DNA from: Candidatus Levybacteria bacterium RIFCSPHIGHO2_02_FULL_40_18
GTDB lineage: Bacteria > Patescibacteriota > Microgenomatia > Levybacterales > GWA1-39-11
Assembly: GCA_001782235.1 (NCBI GenBank)
Contig: MFOC01000004.1
Coordinates: forward strand, 115,328 to 179,327
Direction of reading: 5' to 3'
DNA: 64,000 nucleotides
Each line of letters begins with the position of its first letter. Positions within the stretch are counted from its first letter, which is position 1. The notes under the pieces are model-generated. The model ran no database searches. It was given only the letters and a program-made list of their open reading frames with translations, and was not told where the DNA came from. The translations under genes were made by a program, and so were the position numbers. Shown here in pieces: positions 28,224 to 41,449 of the stretch.

Positions 28224-28769
28224 TTAGGGGGCGATGAGTTTGTAGTCGGCGGAGATGAAGATTTTGTCGATTTTGTTTTCGCTGTTTAAATTGAAGGACA
28301 CGGCCATGCCGTTTGAAGCTATACCGATTATCTTATTTGCAAAGTTGGCAGGGTCGGCATTTATTAATTTCTGTGCGATTTGGCTGTTCAAAGAAAAATC
28401 CCAAGGAGGCGTTCCGCCATTAAGATATGACATTTGCTCGGTTGCTTTTTGCGCTGTTACCAGACCGCAGCATTCTGTTGCGTAAAGTATAACCGAAACC
28501 TGACTTGCCATGTAGCCTTCAAGAGCCGCATAGTTTTTAGAAGTAACCGAAGCAATAATATTTTCTGTCACCTGAGATTTACTCATAGTTGGTTGAGGGG
28601 TGGTTGTTGGTGCGCCGGTTGGCGAAGACGATACAAAGATAGCGGTCGGAGTCGGCGCGGAAGTAGTAACAGGCTCTTTTTCACTTTGGGCAATGCCGAG
28701 CGTGTATGCTACAACACCAACTGCAATAATAATCGCAATAAGAGCCGCCGGGACAGCGAATTTACTCAT
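28224..28769 (-). CDS. hypothetical membrane-anchored secreted protein
   Basis: N-terminal TM helix, then a Thr/Pro-rich linker. Confidence 0.45.
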   Translation of the reverse strand: MSKFAVPAALIAIIIAVGVVAYTLGIAQSEKEPVTTSAPTPTAIFVSSSPTGAPTTTPQPTMSKSQVTENIIASVTSKNYAALEGYMASQVSVILYATECCGLVTAQKATEQMSYLNGGTPPWDFSLNSQIAQKLINADPANFANKIIGIASNGMAVSFNLNSENKIDKIFISADYKLIAP

Positions 28770-28799
28770 ATAGTCGCGTTATATCACAAAAGTCGTAGT

Positions 28800-28828
28800 T
28801 TGACAAGCAGGATCTTACGTCGCATAAT
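28800..28828 (+). promoter_or_regulatory. putative promoter upstream of the recombinase gene (TTGACA, 17-nt spacer, CATAAT)
   Basis: ttgaca agcaggatcttacgtcg cataat, read directly. Confidence 0.4.
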
Positions 28829-28904
28829 ATTAAGGTGGTGCTGTTCCTGTCACGTCCGTTTTACAACATAAATCAAGGATAGTTATCTATGTCGCAAAAC
28901 GGAC

Positions 28905-29876
28905 TTGGCTGTACTTGTTTGTATGGAAGAAAAACAAGAACCTAAAACTCATCCTCTGATTCAGCAATTCCTTGAGTATCTTGAGATTGAAAGGAATGCT
29001 TCGAAATTAACTATTCGAAATTATAGATTTCACCTTGGGAGATTTTATGAATGGTTTTCAAAAAACTATCCCGGGCGCGACATAAAAGATCTAAATTTAG
29101 ATATAACCCGAAAGTACCGTCTATACTTGTCTAATTATGAATATGATAAAGGAATGACTTTGAAACGAATAACCCAGTCCTACTATATTATTGCTCTCCG
29201 CTCTTTTCTTAAATATCTAATCCGGCACGATTATGATACTCTTGCTCCCGATAAAATTGATCTTCCAAAGGTTGAAAGTAAATCACTGAAATTTCTTGAA
29301 AAGAATCATCTCGAGGATCTTTTCAATGCGGTTGATGTCTCAAAGAATGATGAAAAATCCCTCCGGGATCGTGCGATTCTTGAGATGCTCTTCTCAACCG
29401 GACTTAGAGTTTCGGAACTTGCAAAGCTAAATCGAGATAATATAAATTTCGACACCCGCGAGTTCGGCATAATCGGGAAAGGGGGACGAGCGCGGGTAGT
29501 TTTCTTGTCAGATTCTGCGGCGCACTGGCTCGGACAATATTTTGAGAAGCGCGAAGATCCGTGGAAGCCGGCATTTATAAGGTACTCGAAAGAAAAGGTG
29601 TTCGAAGATGACGGCGAGGAAATGAGACTCACTACCCGCTCAATAGAAAGAATTGTAGACAAATATGTTCGCGCCGCGCGAATTCCAATTAAAGCAACGC
29701 CGCATACTCTTCGTCATTCTTTTGCGACCGATTTACTCTCAAACGGAGCCGACATCCGATCAGTACAAGAGATGCTGGGGCACAAAAATATATCGACAAC
29801 TCAAATCTACACGCACGTCACAAATCCCCAACTTCGCGAAGTCCACAAAAAATTCCACCAGGGAAACCGCCGCTAA
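28905..29876 (+). CDS. tyrosine site-specific recombinase, XerC/XerD (phage integrase) family
   Basis: C-terminal catalytic box HTLRHSFATDLLSNGADIRSVQEMLGHKNISTTQIYTHV (R..H..R..Y). N-terminal SAM-like domain LIQQFLEYLEIERNASKLTIRNYRFHL. Confidence 0.8.
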   Translation: MAVLVCMEEKQEPKTHPLIQQFLEYLEIERNASKLTIRNYRFHLGRFYEWFSKNYPGRDIKDLNLDITRKYRLYLSNYEYDKGMTLKRITQSYYIIALRSFLKYLIRHDYDTLAPDKIDLPKVESKSLKFLEKNHLEDLFNAVDVSKNDEKSLRDRAILEMLFSTGLRVSELAKLNRDNINFDTREFGIIGKGGRARVVFLSDSAAHWLGQYFEKREDPWKPAFIRYSKEKVFEDDGEEMRLTTRSIERIVDKYVRAARIPIKATPHTLRHSFATDLLSNGADIRSVQEMLGHKNISTTQIYTHVTNPQLREVHKKFHQGNRR

Positions 29877-29975
29877 TAGTTAAGTTTGTAAGTTTTAAGT
29901 TGTAAGGTGTAAGAAATTACTTACATCATAAATCTCACATCTTAGATACTTAATGATTTCTGATACAATATCTGG

Positions 29976-30956
29976 GTGGATTCGATTGAGGTAAAGGGTC
30001 TTAAAAAATATTACAAAGTTCAAAAAAAAGAGGCTGGGCTTGCCGCGTCAATCCTTTCTTTTGTGAATAGAAAATATGAGGAAGTAAAGGCGGTTGATGG
30101 CATATCCTTTAAAATTGATGAAGGGGAACTCGTCGGCTTCATTGGCCCTAATGGTGCCGGGAAAACTACAACTTTAAAATGCCTATCAGGGCTTCTTTAC
30201 CCCACCGCAGGGGAAATAAAAGTTTTAGGATACACGCCTTTTTCGCGAAAGACAAACTTTTTAAAACAGATTGCGCTTGTTATGGGGCAAAGGAATCAAC
30301 TCTGGTGGGATTTGCCGCCCATCGAAACGTTTATATTAAATAAAGAAATATACGAGATACCGGATGACAAATTTAAAAAAACGCTTGATGCGTTGGTTTC
30401 ACTTTTGGATGTCACGGATATTCTAAAAACTCCTGTCAAAAAATTGTCTTTGGGACAGCGAATGAAATGCGAGTTTATTGCCTCGGTTCTTCACTCGCCG
30501 CGCGTTTTGTTTTTGGACGAGCCAACTCTTGGACTTGATGTTGTAATGCAAAAAACTCTCCGCGAATTTATAAAAGAATACAACAAACAATATAAAGCAA
30601 CTATACTTTTAACGAGTCACTACATGAGAGATGTTGAGGCGCTATGTAGACGGGTTATTATAATAAATCATGGAAAACTACTTTTTGACGGAAAACTCTC
30701 AGATCTTGTTAAGAGACATGCTCCATATAGGATTGTTAAGCTGACCCTGCAAAAAAATATTGATGAGTCGTTAATGAGGGGACTTGGCGAGATAAAATCC
30801 TTCACCTACCCACAAGTGGTAATCTCGGTTCCTTACAGGCGAATAAGCGACGTTTCAGCCAAGATTCTTAAGGATCTTGCTGTTCAAGATTTAATAATCG
30901 AGGAACCTGAGATTGAAGACATTATACGCGAGATATTTGAGAAGGGAAAATCATGA
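29976..30956 (+). CDS. ABC transporter ATP-binding protein
   Basis: Walker A GPNGAGKTTTL. Signature LSLGQRMKC. Walker B VLFLDEPTLGLD. Confidence 0.8.
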   Translation: MDSIEVKGLKKYYKVQKKEAGLAASILSFVNRKYEEVKAVDGISFKIDEGELVGFIGPNGAGKTTTLKCLSGLLYPTAGEIKVLGYTPFSRKTNFLKQIALVMGQRNQLWWDLPPIETFILNKEIYEIPDDKFKKTLDALVSLLDVTDILKTPVKKLSLGQRMKCEFIASVLHSPRVLFLDEPTLGLDVVMQKTLREFIKEYNKQYKATILLTSHYMRDVEALCRRVIIINHGKLLFDGKLSDLVKRHAPYRIVKLTLQKNIDESLMRGLGEIKSFTYPQVVISVPYRRISDVSAKILKDLAVQDLIIEEPEIEDIIREIFEKGKS

Positions 30957-31753
30957 ATATAAAAAAGTATTATCTCGCCGCAAGAAATACATGGGACGAG
31001 ACTCTTGCCTATAGATTAAATTTTGTAATGTGGAGAGTACGAATGGTACTCACATTATTAACAATGTATTTTTTGTGGTCGGCACTTCTTCTACCGGGGG
31101 GGAATATACTGGGTTATACCCGGGAATTTATGCTTACCTATATCCTGGGAACATCTATCATAAACTCCCTTGTTATTTCGAATCGAAGTTATGAAGTTGG
31201 AGAAGAAATAAATAACGGTAACCTCTCGAATTTTCTATTGCGACCAATAAATTATTTTCTCTATCAGTTCTCACGCGATCTTGGTGACAAAGCAATGAAT
31301 ATAGTTTTCTCGTTTGTCGAGCTTACCATACTATTTATAATTCTTGCGCCTCCTATTTTTATCCAGACAGATTCAAGTTTACTTGCGCTTACATTTTTCT
31401 CCTGTCTTCTTGCACTTACAATGTACTTTTTCTTGAACTTCCTTTTGGGACTTATTGGGTTCTGGAGTCCTGATGTCTGGGCACCTCGATTTGTTTTTAT
31501 AACAGTTTTAACTTTTTTCTCAGGAGGCCTATTTCCGCTTGATATATTACCAAAACCGATATTTTCGATTCTTGAATTTTTCCCTTTTCCATACCTATTG
31601 TTTTTCCCTCTTAAGATTTATCTTGGACAGCTTGTCATGGCCGAAATAATAAAAGGAATAATGATATCTTCTACCTGGATATTCGTGCTTTGGTTTATTG
31701 TTAAATTTGCTTGGGCTCGCGGACTTCGTTTGTATACGGCATACGGACGTTAA
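30953..31753 (+). CDS. ABC-2 type transporter permease
   Basis: Six predicted TM helices. Its start overlaps the ATPase stop by 4 nt. Confidence 0.55.
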   Translation: MNIKKYYLAARNTWDETLAYRLNFVMWRVRMVLTLLTMYFLWSALLLPGGNILGYTREFMLTYILGTSIINSLVISNRSYEVGEEINNGNLSNFLLRPINYFLYQFSRDLGDKAMNIVFSFVELTILFIILAPPIFIQTDSSLLALTFFSCLLALTMYFFLNFLLGLIGFWSPDVWAPRFVFITVLTFFSGGLFPLDILPKPIFSILEFFPFPYLLFFPLKIYLGQLVMAEIIKGIMISSTWIFVLWFIVKFAWARGLRLYTAYGR

Positions 31754-31806
31754 TTTTAGATGTTAGATCATAGGTCTTAGATATTAGAGCATAGATGTAG
31801 ATTGAT

Positions 31807-32598
31807 ATGAAGGAATTTCGAAAATATATAAGAGTTTGGTGGCTTCTTACAATAAAATCTTTTCAGGTGGCTTTTACCTCACGTTTTGGTGTCGCCCTTT
31901 TTGTTTTTGGTAAACTCTTTCGCTTAGGATTTTTTCTTCTTTTTCTGGTAATTATAGAGCAGCGAACAAAAGTAATTGTGGGGTATTCCTTATGGGAAAT
32001 AATTTTATTTTTTGCAACATTTAATCTAATAGATGTATTTTCTCAATTTTTCTTGCGGGAAGTATACAAGTTTAGGTGGTATATAGTAAGCGGCGATTTT
32101 GACTTTTTCTTGACTCGCCCACTCTCACCTCTTTTTCGCTCCCTTTTTGGAGGAGGCGATCCGTTGGATATCCCAATTCTTTGTCTTTCGATTGTTTTGG
32201 TTGCGATTTCGGTTATTAATATTGGGAATGTTTCTTTTGCGAATGCGATTTTATATTTAGTGCTTGTTGCAAATGGACTTCTAATTGCGCTTGCTTTTCA
32301 TATTTTTGTCCTGGCCGTGGGTGTTTTAACCACCGAGGTAGATAATACCATTTGGCTCTATAGAGATCTTACTCAGATGGGGAGGCTCCCTGTTGATATA
32401 TATCAACAGCCGCTTCGGGCACTCATTACCTTCGCAGTACCTGTGGGTATAATGATTACTTATCCTTCAAAAGCAATACTCGGACTACTCTCACCACAAG
32501 CGGTTTTAATATCATTTATTGTTGGTGGAGTTTTTCTTTGGGCCTCTATTCTTTTTTGGCGCTACTCTCTCAAAAACTACTCAAGCGCCAGTTCCTAA
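31807..32598 (+). CDS. ABC-2 type transporter permease (second subunit)
   Basis: Six predicted TM helices. Adjacent to the ATPase/permease pair. Confidence 0.55.
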   Translation: MKEFRKYIRVWWLLTIKSFQVAFTSRFGVALFVFGKLFRLGFFLLFLVIIEQRTKVIVGYSLWEIILFFATFNLIDVFSQFFLREVYKFRWYIVSGDFDFFLTRPLSPLFRSLFGGGDPLDIPILCLSIVLVAISVINIGNVSFANAILYLVLVANGLLIALAFHIFVLAVGVLTTEVDNTIWLYRDLTQMGRLPVDIYQQPLRALITFAVPVGIMITYPSKAILGLLSPQAVLISFIVGGVFLWASILFWRYSLKNYSSASS

Positions 32599-32604
32599 TA
32601 TGAA

Positions 32605-33459
32605 CTACACTTGAACTGCGGCGGCTTCGATGAGATTCGAAAATAAATATGAGAGGTTGATGGGGCCGACGCCGCCGGGAGTTGGGGTATAAGCACCGGC
32701 AATTTTTTCGATATCCTCTATTCTGTAATCTCCTCTCAGTCCTACATCTTCTCCGTGAGTGCCGACACCGATCAATATCGCGCCTTTTTTAATTTGATCG
32801 GCGGTAACGGTATTTGGTTTGCCTACGCAAGAAATAATAACATCTGCCTCTTTTAGAATTTCGTCAGGATTTTTTGTTCTACTGTCTATAATTTGAGGCT
32901 CGATCCCCATTTTTTTTAGGCCGCGAATTATGGGGCCGCCGGCGGTCTCGCCTTTTCCCAATACAACAAACTTTCGTTTGTTGAAATTTCCAATTTCCAA
33001 AACTTCCTCAAGTAATCTTTTGACTGCGAGCCAGACAGGGACTTCAAATTTTGAGTCAGATCGAAATCCGTCTATGTCCTTTTCGGGAGAAATTGATTTG
33101 ACAACTCTTTCCCGATTGAAACTCGAAGGAATTGGTCTTTGGATTATGATGCCGTTATATTTTGGATCCCTATCTATTTCGTGAACTGTTCGAATAAGCT
33201 TTTCTTCATCCGATTCTTCCCCGCCCTTAGGCGAGGTCCAGCCTTCGGCGGAGAGATTTATTAAAACTGCTTTTATTCCAAGCTCCCCTGCAGCTTTTAT
33301 TTTTTGACGAACATAAGTTTCCCAAGAGACTTCAGGCCCAAGAGTAATTATGGCAATCTTTGGAGTTATGTTTTTAGATTTTAGGTCTTGGATCTTGGAT
33401 CTTAGATTATTTCGAATTTCTTGCGCAATCTTTTTCCCATCAATCTTCATAGACTTCAT
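32605..33459 (-). CDS. folD: bifunctional methylenetetrahydrofolate dehydrogenase/cyclohydrolase
   Basis: VVLGKGETAGGPI NAD(P)-binding motif and C-terminal TPTPGGVGPIN. Confidence 0.85.
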   Translation of the reverse strand: MKSMKIDGKKIAQEIRNNLRSKIQDLKSKNITPKIAIITLGPEVSWETYVRQKIKAAGELGIKAVLINLSAEGWTSPKGGEESDEEKLIRTVHEIDRDPKYNGIIIQRPIPSSFNRERVVKSISPEKDIDGFRSDSKFEVPVWLAVKRLLEEVLEIGNFNKRKFVVLGKGETAGGPIIRGLKKMGIEPQIIDSRTKNPDEILKEADVIISCVGKPNTVTADQIKKGAILIGVGTHGEDVGLRGDYRIEDIEKIAGAYTPTPGGVGPINLSYLFSNLIEAAAVQV

Positions 33460-33498
33460 TATAACCTAGTAGCTGATATCTAGTCACTAGTTGCTAAC

Positions 33499-36042
33499 CT
33501 ATGGGGAGACTGTTGTGGCGGCGGCGACTTTATCGGCTTTATTCGAAAATCTCATTAATATTACGCCCTGCGCATTCCGGGATAAAAGAGGCGTTGAGCC
33601 AAGCGGAATTTTTACCACTTGGCCTTTTTCTGAGGTTATAATTACTTCTGTTGCGTTAGATTCTAACACTTGCGCGAGAACCAGCTTTCCGGTTTTCGCA
33701 TTTATATTTGCAATGCGGACTCCCTGTCCTCCTCTTCTTTGATTTCTTACTTCAGAAACCCGAGTTCTCTTCCCAAGACCATTCTCAGCAATAATTAAGA
33801 GCTTGGCTTCTTTATTGTTTTTTGAAACTACATCCATACCGACAACTCGATCATCCTTGACAAGTCTTATTCCGCGAACACCCTGACTTGACCTTCCGGT
33901 TGCTCTAACATGGCTCTCTGGAAAATTAATGATTTTTCCGCTTTGCGTGATCATGACTATATCGTCATCTCCGCTTGAGGAGTTTACCCACTGGAGAGAA
34001 TCGCCGCTTTCAAGTTTTATGGCAATTATCCCTCCTCGGCGAATGTTTGCAAACTCGTCAACGCGCGTTTTCTTGATTACGCCTTTTGCTGTTGCCATGA
34101 CAATATTTTTGAGCTTATCCTTTTCTTTCGGATTGTAAGTTAAGATTGACTGGATTGTTTCTCCTTGTGTAATATCAATTAAATTGACAATTGCGGTTCC
34201 CTTTGAAATGCGGCTTACCTCCTCCATTTCAAATACTCTTGTCTGATATACTTTTCCAAGATTTGTGAAGAATAAGATATAGTCATGAGTCTGGGCATAT
34301 AGAATTTTATCTATCACATCCTCTTCTTTTGTAGTCATTCCCCGTACGCCCTTGCCTCCTCGTGCTTGAGTCCTAAAAGAGGTCATGCTTTGCCGTTTTA
34401 TATATCCTGTTTGAGTGAGCGTGATTACTGTTGGTTCATTCTGAATTAAGTCCTCCTCTGAAAACTCGTCTACTCGTGATTTATAAACCTTGGTTCTTCT
34501 TGGGTCCTCATATTTGTTTTTAATTTTGGTTAGCTCGTCGCCTACTACGGCAAGCATTTTCTTGGGATCGGCTAACAATGCTACAAGATAATCAAGGGTT
34601 TCTTTTACTAAGGCGTGCTCGTCCTGAAGTTTCTCGCGTTCTAAAGCCGCAAGGCGGCGTAGCTGCATGTCGAGGATTGCAACGGATTGGATTTCTGTCA
34701 GTTTAAATCTTTTCATTAAATTCTGTTTTGCATCTTCGACATCCTTCGATTTTTTAATAGTGCTAATTACTTCATCAATGTTTTTAACGGCAATTAACAA
34801 CCCGTCTAAAATATGAAGCCTCGCGCGCGATTGTTTTGCCTCAAATTCGGACCTTCGCGTTATAACAGTGAACCTATGGTAAACGTATTCGTCAATTAGT
34901 ACCTTAAGATTTAAGGTTCTCGGTATTCCGCCAACAAGAGCAACCATATTAGCAGGGAATGTGGTTTGAAGAGCCGTCAATTTAAACAAATTATTTAAAA
35001 CCTTCCTTGGTGCAGCGTCGCGTTTTAATTCCACAACAATTCTAATGCCGTGCCGGTCCGATTCGTCGCGAAGATCGGTTATGCCCTCAAGTTTCTTGTC
35101 TTTCGCAAGTTCTGCGATTTTTGCAACTAACCCTGATTTATTTACTTGATAGGGAATTTCTCGAATGATAATCGCGGACTTACCCTGCCCTACGTCTTCA
35201 ATCTCGGCAATTCCGCGAATTAAAATTCGGCCGCGGCCTGTCCTATAAACGTTCTTAATTTCATTTATGTCATAGATTGCGCCTCCTGTTGGAAAGTCAG
35301 GACCCTTTATGAATTCAAGCAGCTCATCTACCGTAATTCCTGATGAGAGACTAAACGCAGGTTTCAAAGAATTTATCTCTTCATCTGTCAATTCTTGACT
35401 GTCTTTTTGCGGAATATAATCCTCCCTTTTTGCGAAGGTTATCTTTTTGATTGTATGACTTATGGCATCAATTACTTCCCCTAAATTATGAGGAGGGATC
35501 TTAGTTGCCATTCCAACTGCTATTCCTTCGGACCCCATAAGAAGTAGGTTTGGAAGCTTCGCAGGTAAATATTGGGGTTCGTTGAGTGTGCCGTCAAAAT
35601 TTGGCAGAAGCTCAACTGTTTGCTTATCGATATCAAAGAGCATCTCCATCGCAATTTGAGTGAGTTTTGCCTCCGTGTACCTCATTGCGGCCGGTGAGTC
35701 GCCGTCCATTGAACCAAAGTTTCCCTGTCCGTCAATTAATGGATAGCGCATCGAAAAATCTTGAGCAAGACGGACAAGGGTATCGTAGATTGCCATGTCT
35801 CCGTGCGGATGGTATTTTCCCATGGTCTCCCCTACTATTTTTGCCGATTTTGCGTATTTTGCGGTTGGGTAAAGCCCCATTTCATACATCGCGTAGAGAA
35901 TCCGGCGATGTACAGGTTTTAGCCCATCGCGGACATCGGGAAGGGCCCGCGCGACAATAACAGACATTGCGTAATCAAGATACGCCTTCTTTGCTTCTTC
36001 CGAAATGTCAACATATTCAAGTCTGCCGATTTGGTTATCCAT
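33499..36042 (-). CDS. gyrA: DNA gyrase subunit A
   Basis: [28 protein letters not shown] with the active-site Tyr region. C-terminal beta-pinwheel repeats. Confidence 0.9.
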   Translation of the reverse strand: MDNQIGRLEYVDISEEAKKAYLDYAMSVIVARALPDVRDGLKPVHRRILYAMYEMGLYPTAKYAKSAKIVGETMGKYHPHGDMAIYDTLVRLAQDFSMRYPLIDGQGNFGSMDGDSPAAMRYTEAKLTQIAMEMLFDIDKQTVELLPNFDGTLNEPQYLPAKLPNLLLMGSEGIAVGMATKIPPHNLGEVIDAISHTIKKITFAKREDYIPQKDSQELTDEEINSLKPAFSLSSGITVDELLEFIKGPDFPTGGAIYDINEIKNVYRTGRGRILIRGIAEIEDVGQGKSAIIIREIPYQVNKSGLVAKIAELAKDKKLEGITDLRDESDRHGIRIVVELKRDAAPRKVLNNLFKLTALQTTFPANMVALVGGIPRTLNLKVLIDEYVYHRFTVITRRSEFEAKQSRARLHILDGLLIAVKNIDEVISTIKKSKDVEDAKQNLMKRFKLTEIQSVAILDMQLRRLAALEREKLQDEHALVKETLDYLVALLADPKKMLAVVGDELTKIKNKYEDPRRTKVYKSRVDEFSEEDLIQNEPTVITLTQTGYIKRQSMTSFRTQARGGKGVRGMTTKEEDVIDKILYAQTHDYILFFTNLGKVYQTRVFEMEEVSRISKGTAIVNLIDITQGETIQSILTYNPKEKDKLKNIVMATAKGVIKKTRVDEFANIRRGGIIAIKLESGDSLQWVNSSSGDDDIVMITQSGKIINFPESHVRATGRSSQGVRGIRLVKDDRVVGMDVVSKNNKEAKLLIIAENGLGKRTRVSEVRNQRRGGQGVRIANINAKTGKLVLAQVLESNATEVIITSEKGQVVKIPLGSTPLLSRNAQGVILMRFSNKADKVAAATTVSP

Positions 36043-36046
36043 GAAG

Positions 36047-38086
36047 TTAGATTAAAAATGGTGCAATCAAAAGAGCTACTATATTAATTACCTTGATCAT
36101 TGGATTAATTGCAGGTCCTGCAGTATCCTTATAGGGATCACCAACAGTATCTCCCGTCACCGCAGCTTGATGGGCGAAACTGCCCTTTCCTCCCAAATTG
36201 CCTTCCTCTATATATTTTTTGGCATTGTCAAATGCAGCTCCTCCGGTTGTCATTGATATTGCCACGAAAAGGCCTGTAACAATACTTCCCACAAGAAGTC
36301 CTCCAAGAGCCTCAGGGCCTAATAAGAAGCCCACTAATATCGGAGCCGCAACAGGAATAAGCGCTGGCAAAATCATCTGACGAATTGCTGCAACCGTTAC
36401 AATATCAACCGCCTTCCCATAATCAGGTTTTGCCCGGCCCTCCATAATTCCTTCTATTTCCTTGAATTGGCGCCTTACCTCATTTACAACCGATACCGCG
36501 GCTTTCCCCACCGCCTCCATTGCAAGCGCACTAAAAAGATAAGACATACTTCCGCCGATAAATAACCCAATCAAGACTTTTGGGTTTGAGAGTGAGAATA
36601 TCAATTCGCTAGCTTCAGGACCAGAGAGCTCCTGTGTGTAGCTTGCAAATAATACAAGCGCTGCAAGACCTGCAGAGCCGATTGCATAGCCTTTTGTCAC
36701 CGCTTTTGTTGTATTTCCTACAGCATCAAGCGGGTCCGTTACATTTCTGACTTTGGCCGGCAAATTTGTCATCTCAACAATGCCACCGGCGTTATCGGTT
36801 ATCGGACCGAAGGCATCAATCGCAACGATTATTCCGGTTAACGAGAGCATCGCCATTGCGGCAATTGCCACTCCATAAAGCCCGGCAAGATTAAAACTTG
36901 CAAAAATTGCTGCCGAAATTAAAAGTATCGGTGCAAAAGTCGATTTCATTGAAACAGCGAGCCCTGCGATTACATTTGTACCATGTCCGGTTGTTGAGGC
37001 CTCGGCAATTGTTTTCACCGGACCGTAATTTTTGGATGTAAAATATTCTGTTATAACAACCATTCCGATAGTCACTATTATCCCGATTATCGAAGAGTAA
37101 AAAATACTAAGCTCCGAAATATCCGCAAGTCCTACCGGGAACAAGCTTTTGGTAACAAAATAGAATCCCGCAATAGCAATGACCGCTGTAGCCCCTAATC
37201 CCGTATAAAGCGCGGACATAATTTTTTTGCCCGAGACTCGTACGGTCCACGAGCCTATTATACTTGCAACAACAGATACTGCTCCCAACAATAATGGGTA
37301 ATAAAGAACCGAAGACGAATTAGGAAATGCCAAGTTTCCTAAAATCATTGAGGCGACTGCCGTTATAACATAAGTTTCAAAAAGATCTGCTGCCATTCCG
37401 GCGTCATCTCCTACATTGTCACCTACCAAATCCGCAATTACGCCCGGATTTCTGGGATCATCTTCAGGTATCCCCTTCTCTATTTTTCCAACCATGTCGG
37501 TTCCGACATCTGCACCTTTTGTATAAATTCCTCCGCCGAGCCTTGCAAAAACGGATATTAAAGATCCACCAAAACCAAGCGCCACCAGTGCGCGGAGCGC
37601 TTGCTCAATTGGTAAGTTTTGTGATTGCAGCATATAAAAGGAGCCGGAGATGGCAAGTAACGCAAGGCCGGCAACCATTAGACCCGTAACCGCTCCGCCA
37701 GAAAATGCAATTCCAAAAGCTTGTGCAAGTCCGCTTTTTGCAGCTTGCGCTGTTCGGATGTTACTTCTAACGGCAACGTTCATTCCAATAACTCCGGCAA
37801 GAGCAGAAAAGACCGCGCCAACTGCAAAACCTGCCGCAGTGTATATATCGAAGACATAATAAAGAATAGCCAAAATAATAACACCAATTATTGAAACAAC
37901 AAGGTATTGTCGTTTGAGATACGCTGCTGCTCCTTCTGCAATTGCATCAGCTATCGCATTCATTTTTTCATCTCCCCGAGGTTTTTGGAGTACTCTTGCA
38001 GTTAGAAAAAGTCCATATAAAATCGAAAGAAATCCTGCACTTATTGCTACCAAAACCGGATTAGAAAGGAGAAAAGATAAATTCAT
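36047..38086 (-). CDS. hppA: membrane-bound proton/sodium-translocating pyrophosphatase (V-type H+-PPase)
   Basis: [56 protein letters not shown] matches the H+-PPase signature. 16 TM helices. Confidence 0.9.
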   Translation of the reverse strand: MNLSFLLSNPVLVAISAGFLSILYGLFLTARVLQKPRGDEKMNAIADAIAEGAAAYLKRQYLVVSIIGVIILAILYYVFDIYTAAGFAVGAVFSALAGVIGMNVAVRSNIRTAQAAKSGLAQAFGIAFSGGAVTGLMVAGLALLAISGSFYMLQSQNLPIEQALRALVALGFGGSLISVFARLGGGIYTKGADVGTDMVGKIEKGIPEDDPRNPGVIADLVGDNVGDDAGMAADLFETYVITAVASMILGNLAFPNSSSVLYYPLLLGAVSVVASIIGSWTVRVSGKKIMSALYTGLGATAVIAIAGFYFVTKSLFPVGLADISELSIFYSSIIGIIVTIGMVVITEYFTSKNYGPVKTIAEASTTGHGTNVIAGLAVSMKSTFAPILLISAAIFASFNLAGLYGVAIAAMAMLSLTGIIVAIDAFGPITDNAGGIVEMTNLPAKVRNVTDPLDAVGNTTKAVTKGYAIGSAGLAALVLFASYTQELSGPEASELIFSLSNPKVLIGLFIGGSMSYLFSALAMEAVGKAAVSVVNEVRRQFKEIEGIMEGRAKPDYGKAVDIVTVAAIRQMILPALIPVAAPILVGFLLGPEALGGLLVGSIVTGLFVAISMTTGGAAFDNAKKYIEEGNLGGKGSFAHQAAVTGDTVGDPYKDTAGPAINPMIKVINIVALLIAPFLI

Positions 38087-38137
38087 TTAATAGTTAATTA
38101 TAAGGGAAAATATGAGGTTTTTCAAGGCAAAATGTTC

Positions 38138-40102
<1,965 letters not shown>

Positions 40103-40142
40103 TTATTGATATATTTTAACAGAAAACGAAGCAGAAATCCAG

Positions 40143-41339
40143 CTATTGGATTTGCGAGATAAGGCTATAAATTGGCGTTATAACCGACAATATCAAGAAT
40201 GCTATCGAAACTCCCAAAGCAATTATAAGAATGGGTTCGATAGCAGTCGTTAAGGTTCTGATTCTTAGGTCAAGATCGCGTTCGAAATATTCGGATATTT
40301 TAAGCAGGCTTTCATCGATTTTTCCCGTAGACTCGCCAACTCTCGCCATCTGAACAAGCATTGGAGGGAAAATTTTTTCATGCGAAAAAGCATCCGAAAG
40401 AGAAACTCCCTTTTCAACCATCTCGGATGCTGAGAGAATAGAACTTTTATACCAATAATTGCCCGCTATGGCGGCTGTGATGTTGAGACCTTCAATAATT
40501 GACACACCGGAACTTATAAGTAGAGATAGGGTTCTTGTAGTCTCGTCCAGTATCGCCAAGGTAAAAATATTTCCAATCACAGGGAGTCTAAGTTTTATTC
40601 TATCTATGATTTTTACTCCTTCGCTTGTTCTTTTAAATCTTTTATACAAAATAAACGCAGCTATCGGACCAACAATCCAAACAGGCCAAAAAGTAGTGAA
40701 TGTTCTCGAAATTCCAAGAACTATTTTTGTAGTTAAGGGCAATTCAAGACCTAAATTTTCATATAAGGTTCCAAGCTGGGGTATAACAAAAATGTTCATA
40801 ATTACAACTACGATGATCATTCCGGTTACTACAATTGCAGGATAAAACATAGCAGATCTTACTCTCTTTTTAAGATCCTCCTCTTTCTCCATATTATCCG
40901 CTAGACGCGCCAAAACCTTATCAAGCAACCCGCCCTTTTCTGCCGCTTTTATTAACGCAATGTAAACATCCGAAAAGGCTCCTTTGTGATTTGAGAGCGC
41001 ATCAGAAAAGGGTTTCCCCTCGGAAATCTGAGAGATAAGATCATTAATAAGTTCCTGCATGCTAGGTTTATTTCCCTGGTCCTTCAAGACCTTTAAAGAT
41101 TCTATAAGCGTAAGACCTGTTAGGATCATTGAGGCTAGCTGTCTTGTAAACAAAACTATATCCGAGTTTTTAATACCGCGCCCCAATAATAAGACAGCGT
41201 GTTTTTCAACTTTCCTAAGAGAAAGCGGTGTTATGCCGTTTGAGCGCAAAAAATCTATAACTTCTTTTTCGTTATTTGCCTCAAGCTTCCCCTTTTGCTT
41301 TATGGAGTTTTTGTCAACTCCGGTATATATAAATTCCAT
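40143..41339 (-). CDS. pilC: type IV pilus assembly platform protein PilC (GspF family)
   Basis: Two GspF repeats, three TM segments. N-terminus EVIDFLRSNGITPLSL. Confidence 0.8.
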   Translation of the reverse strand: MEFIYTGVDKNSIKQKGKLEANNEKEVIDFLRSNGITPLSLRKVEKHAVLLLGRGIKNSDIVLFTRQLASMILTGLTLIESLKVLKDQGNKPSMQELINDLISQISEGKPFSDALSNHKGAFSDVYIALIKAAEKGGLLDKVLARLADNMEKEEDLKKRVRSAMFYPAIVVTGMIIVVVIMNIFVIPQLGTLYENLGLELPLTTKIVLGISRTFTTFWPVWIVGPIAAFILYKRFKRTSEGVKIIDRIKLRLPVIGNIFTLAILDETTRTLSLLISSGVSIIEGLNITAAIAGNYWYKSSILSASEMVEKGVSLSDAFSHEKIFPPMLVQMARVGESTGKIDESLLKISEYFERDLDLRIRTLTTAIEPILIIALGVSIAFLILSVITPIYSLISQIQ

Positions 41340-41351
41340 GTTTTGCTACAT

Positions 41352-41440
41352 TAATTCGGCCCCCACGCCTGTCCGCTTCGCTTGCAGGCGAGCTCCTTCG
41401 CTCTGCTCGGTCCGCTCCCGCGGCGCGGTCTAAGGGATCG
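41352..41440. repeat. GC-rich repeat element lying between pilT and pilC inside the pilus operon
   Basis: ccacgcctgtccgcttcgcttgcaggcgagctccttcgctctgctcggtccgctcccgcggcgcgg. Hairpin CGCCTG...CAGGCG. About 60 bp homologous to 28130-28215 (opposite orientation) and partly to 26890-26965. Confidence 0.5.
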
Positions 41441-41449
41441 TGGGACCTC

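Noticed and set aside
41059-41433. 124-aa plus-strand ORF across the pilC start and the GC-rich spacer
   Set aside because: It is antisense to pilC and runs through a repeat element. It has no motifs and is likely spurious.
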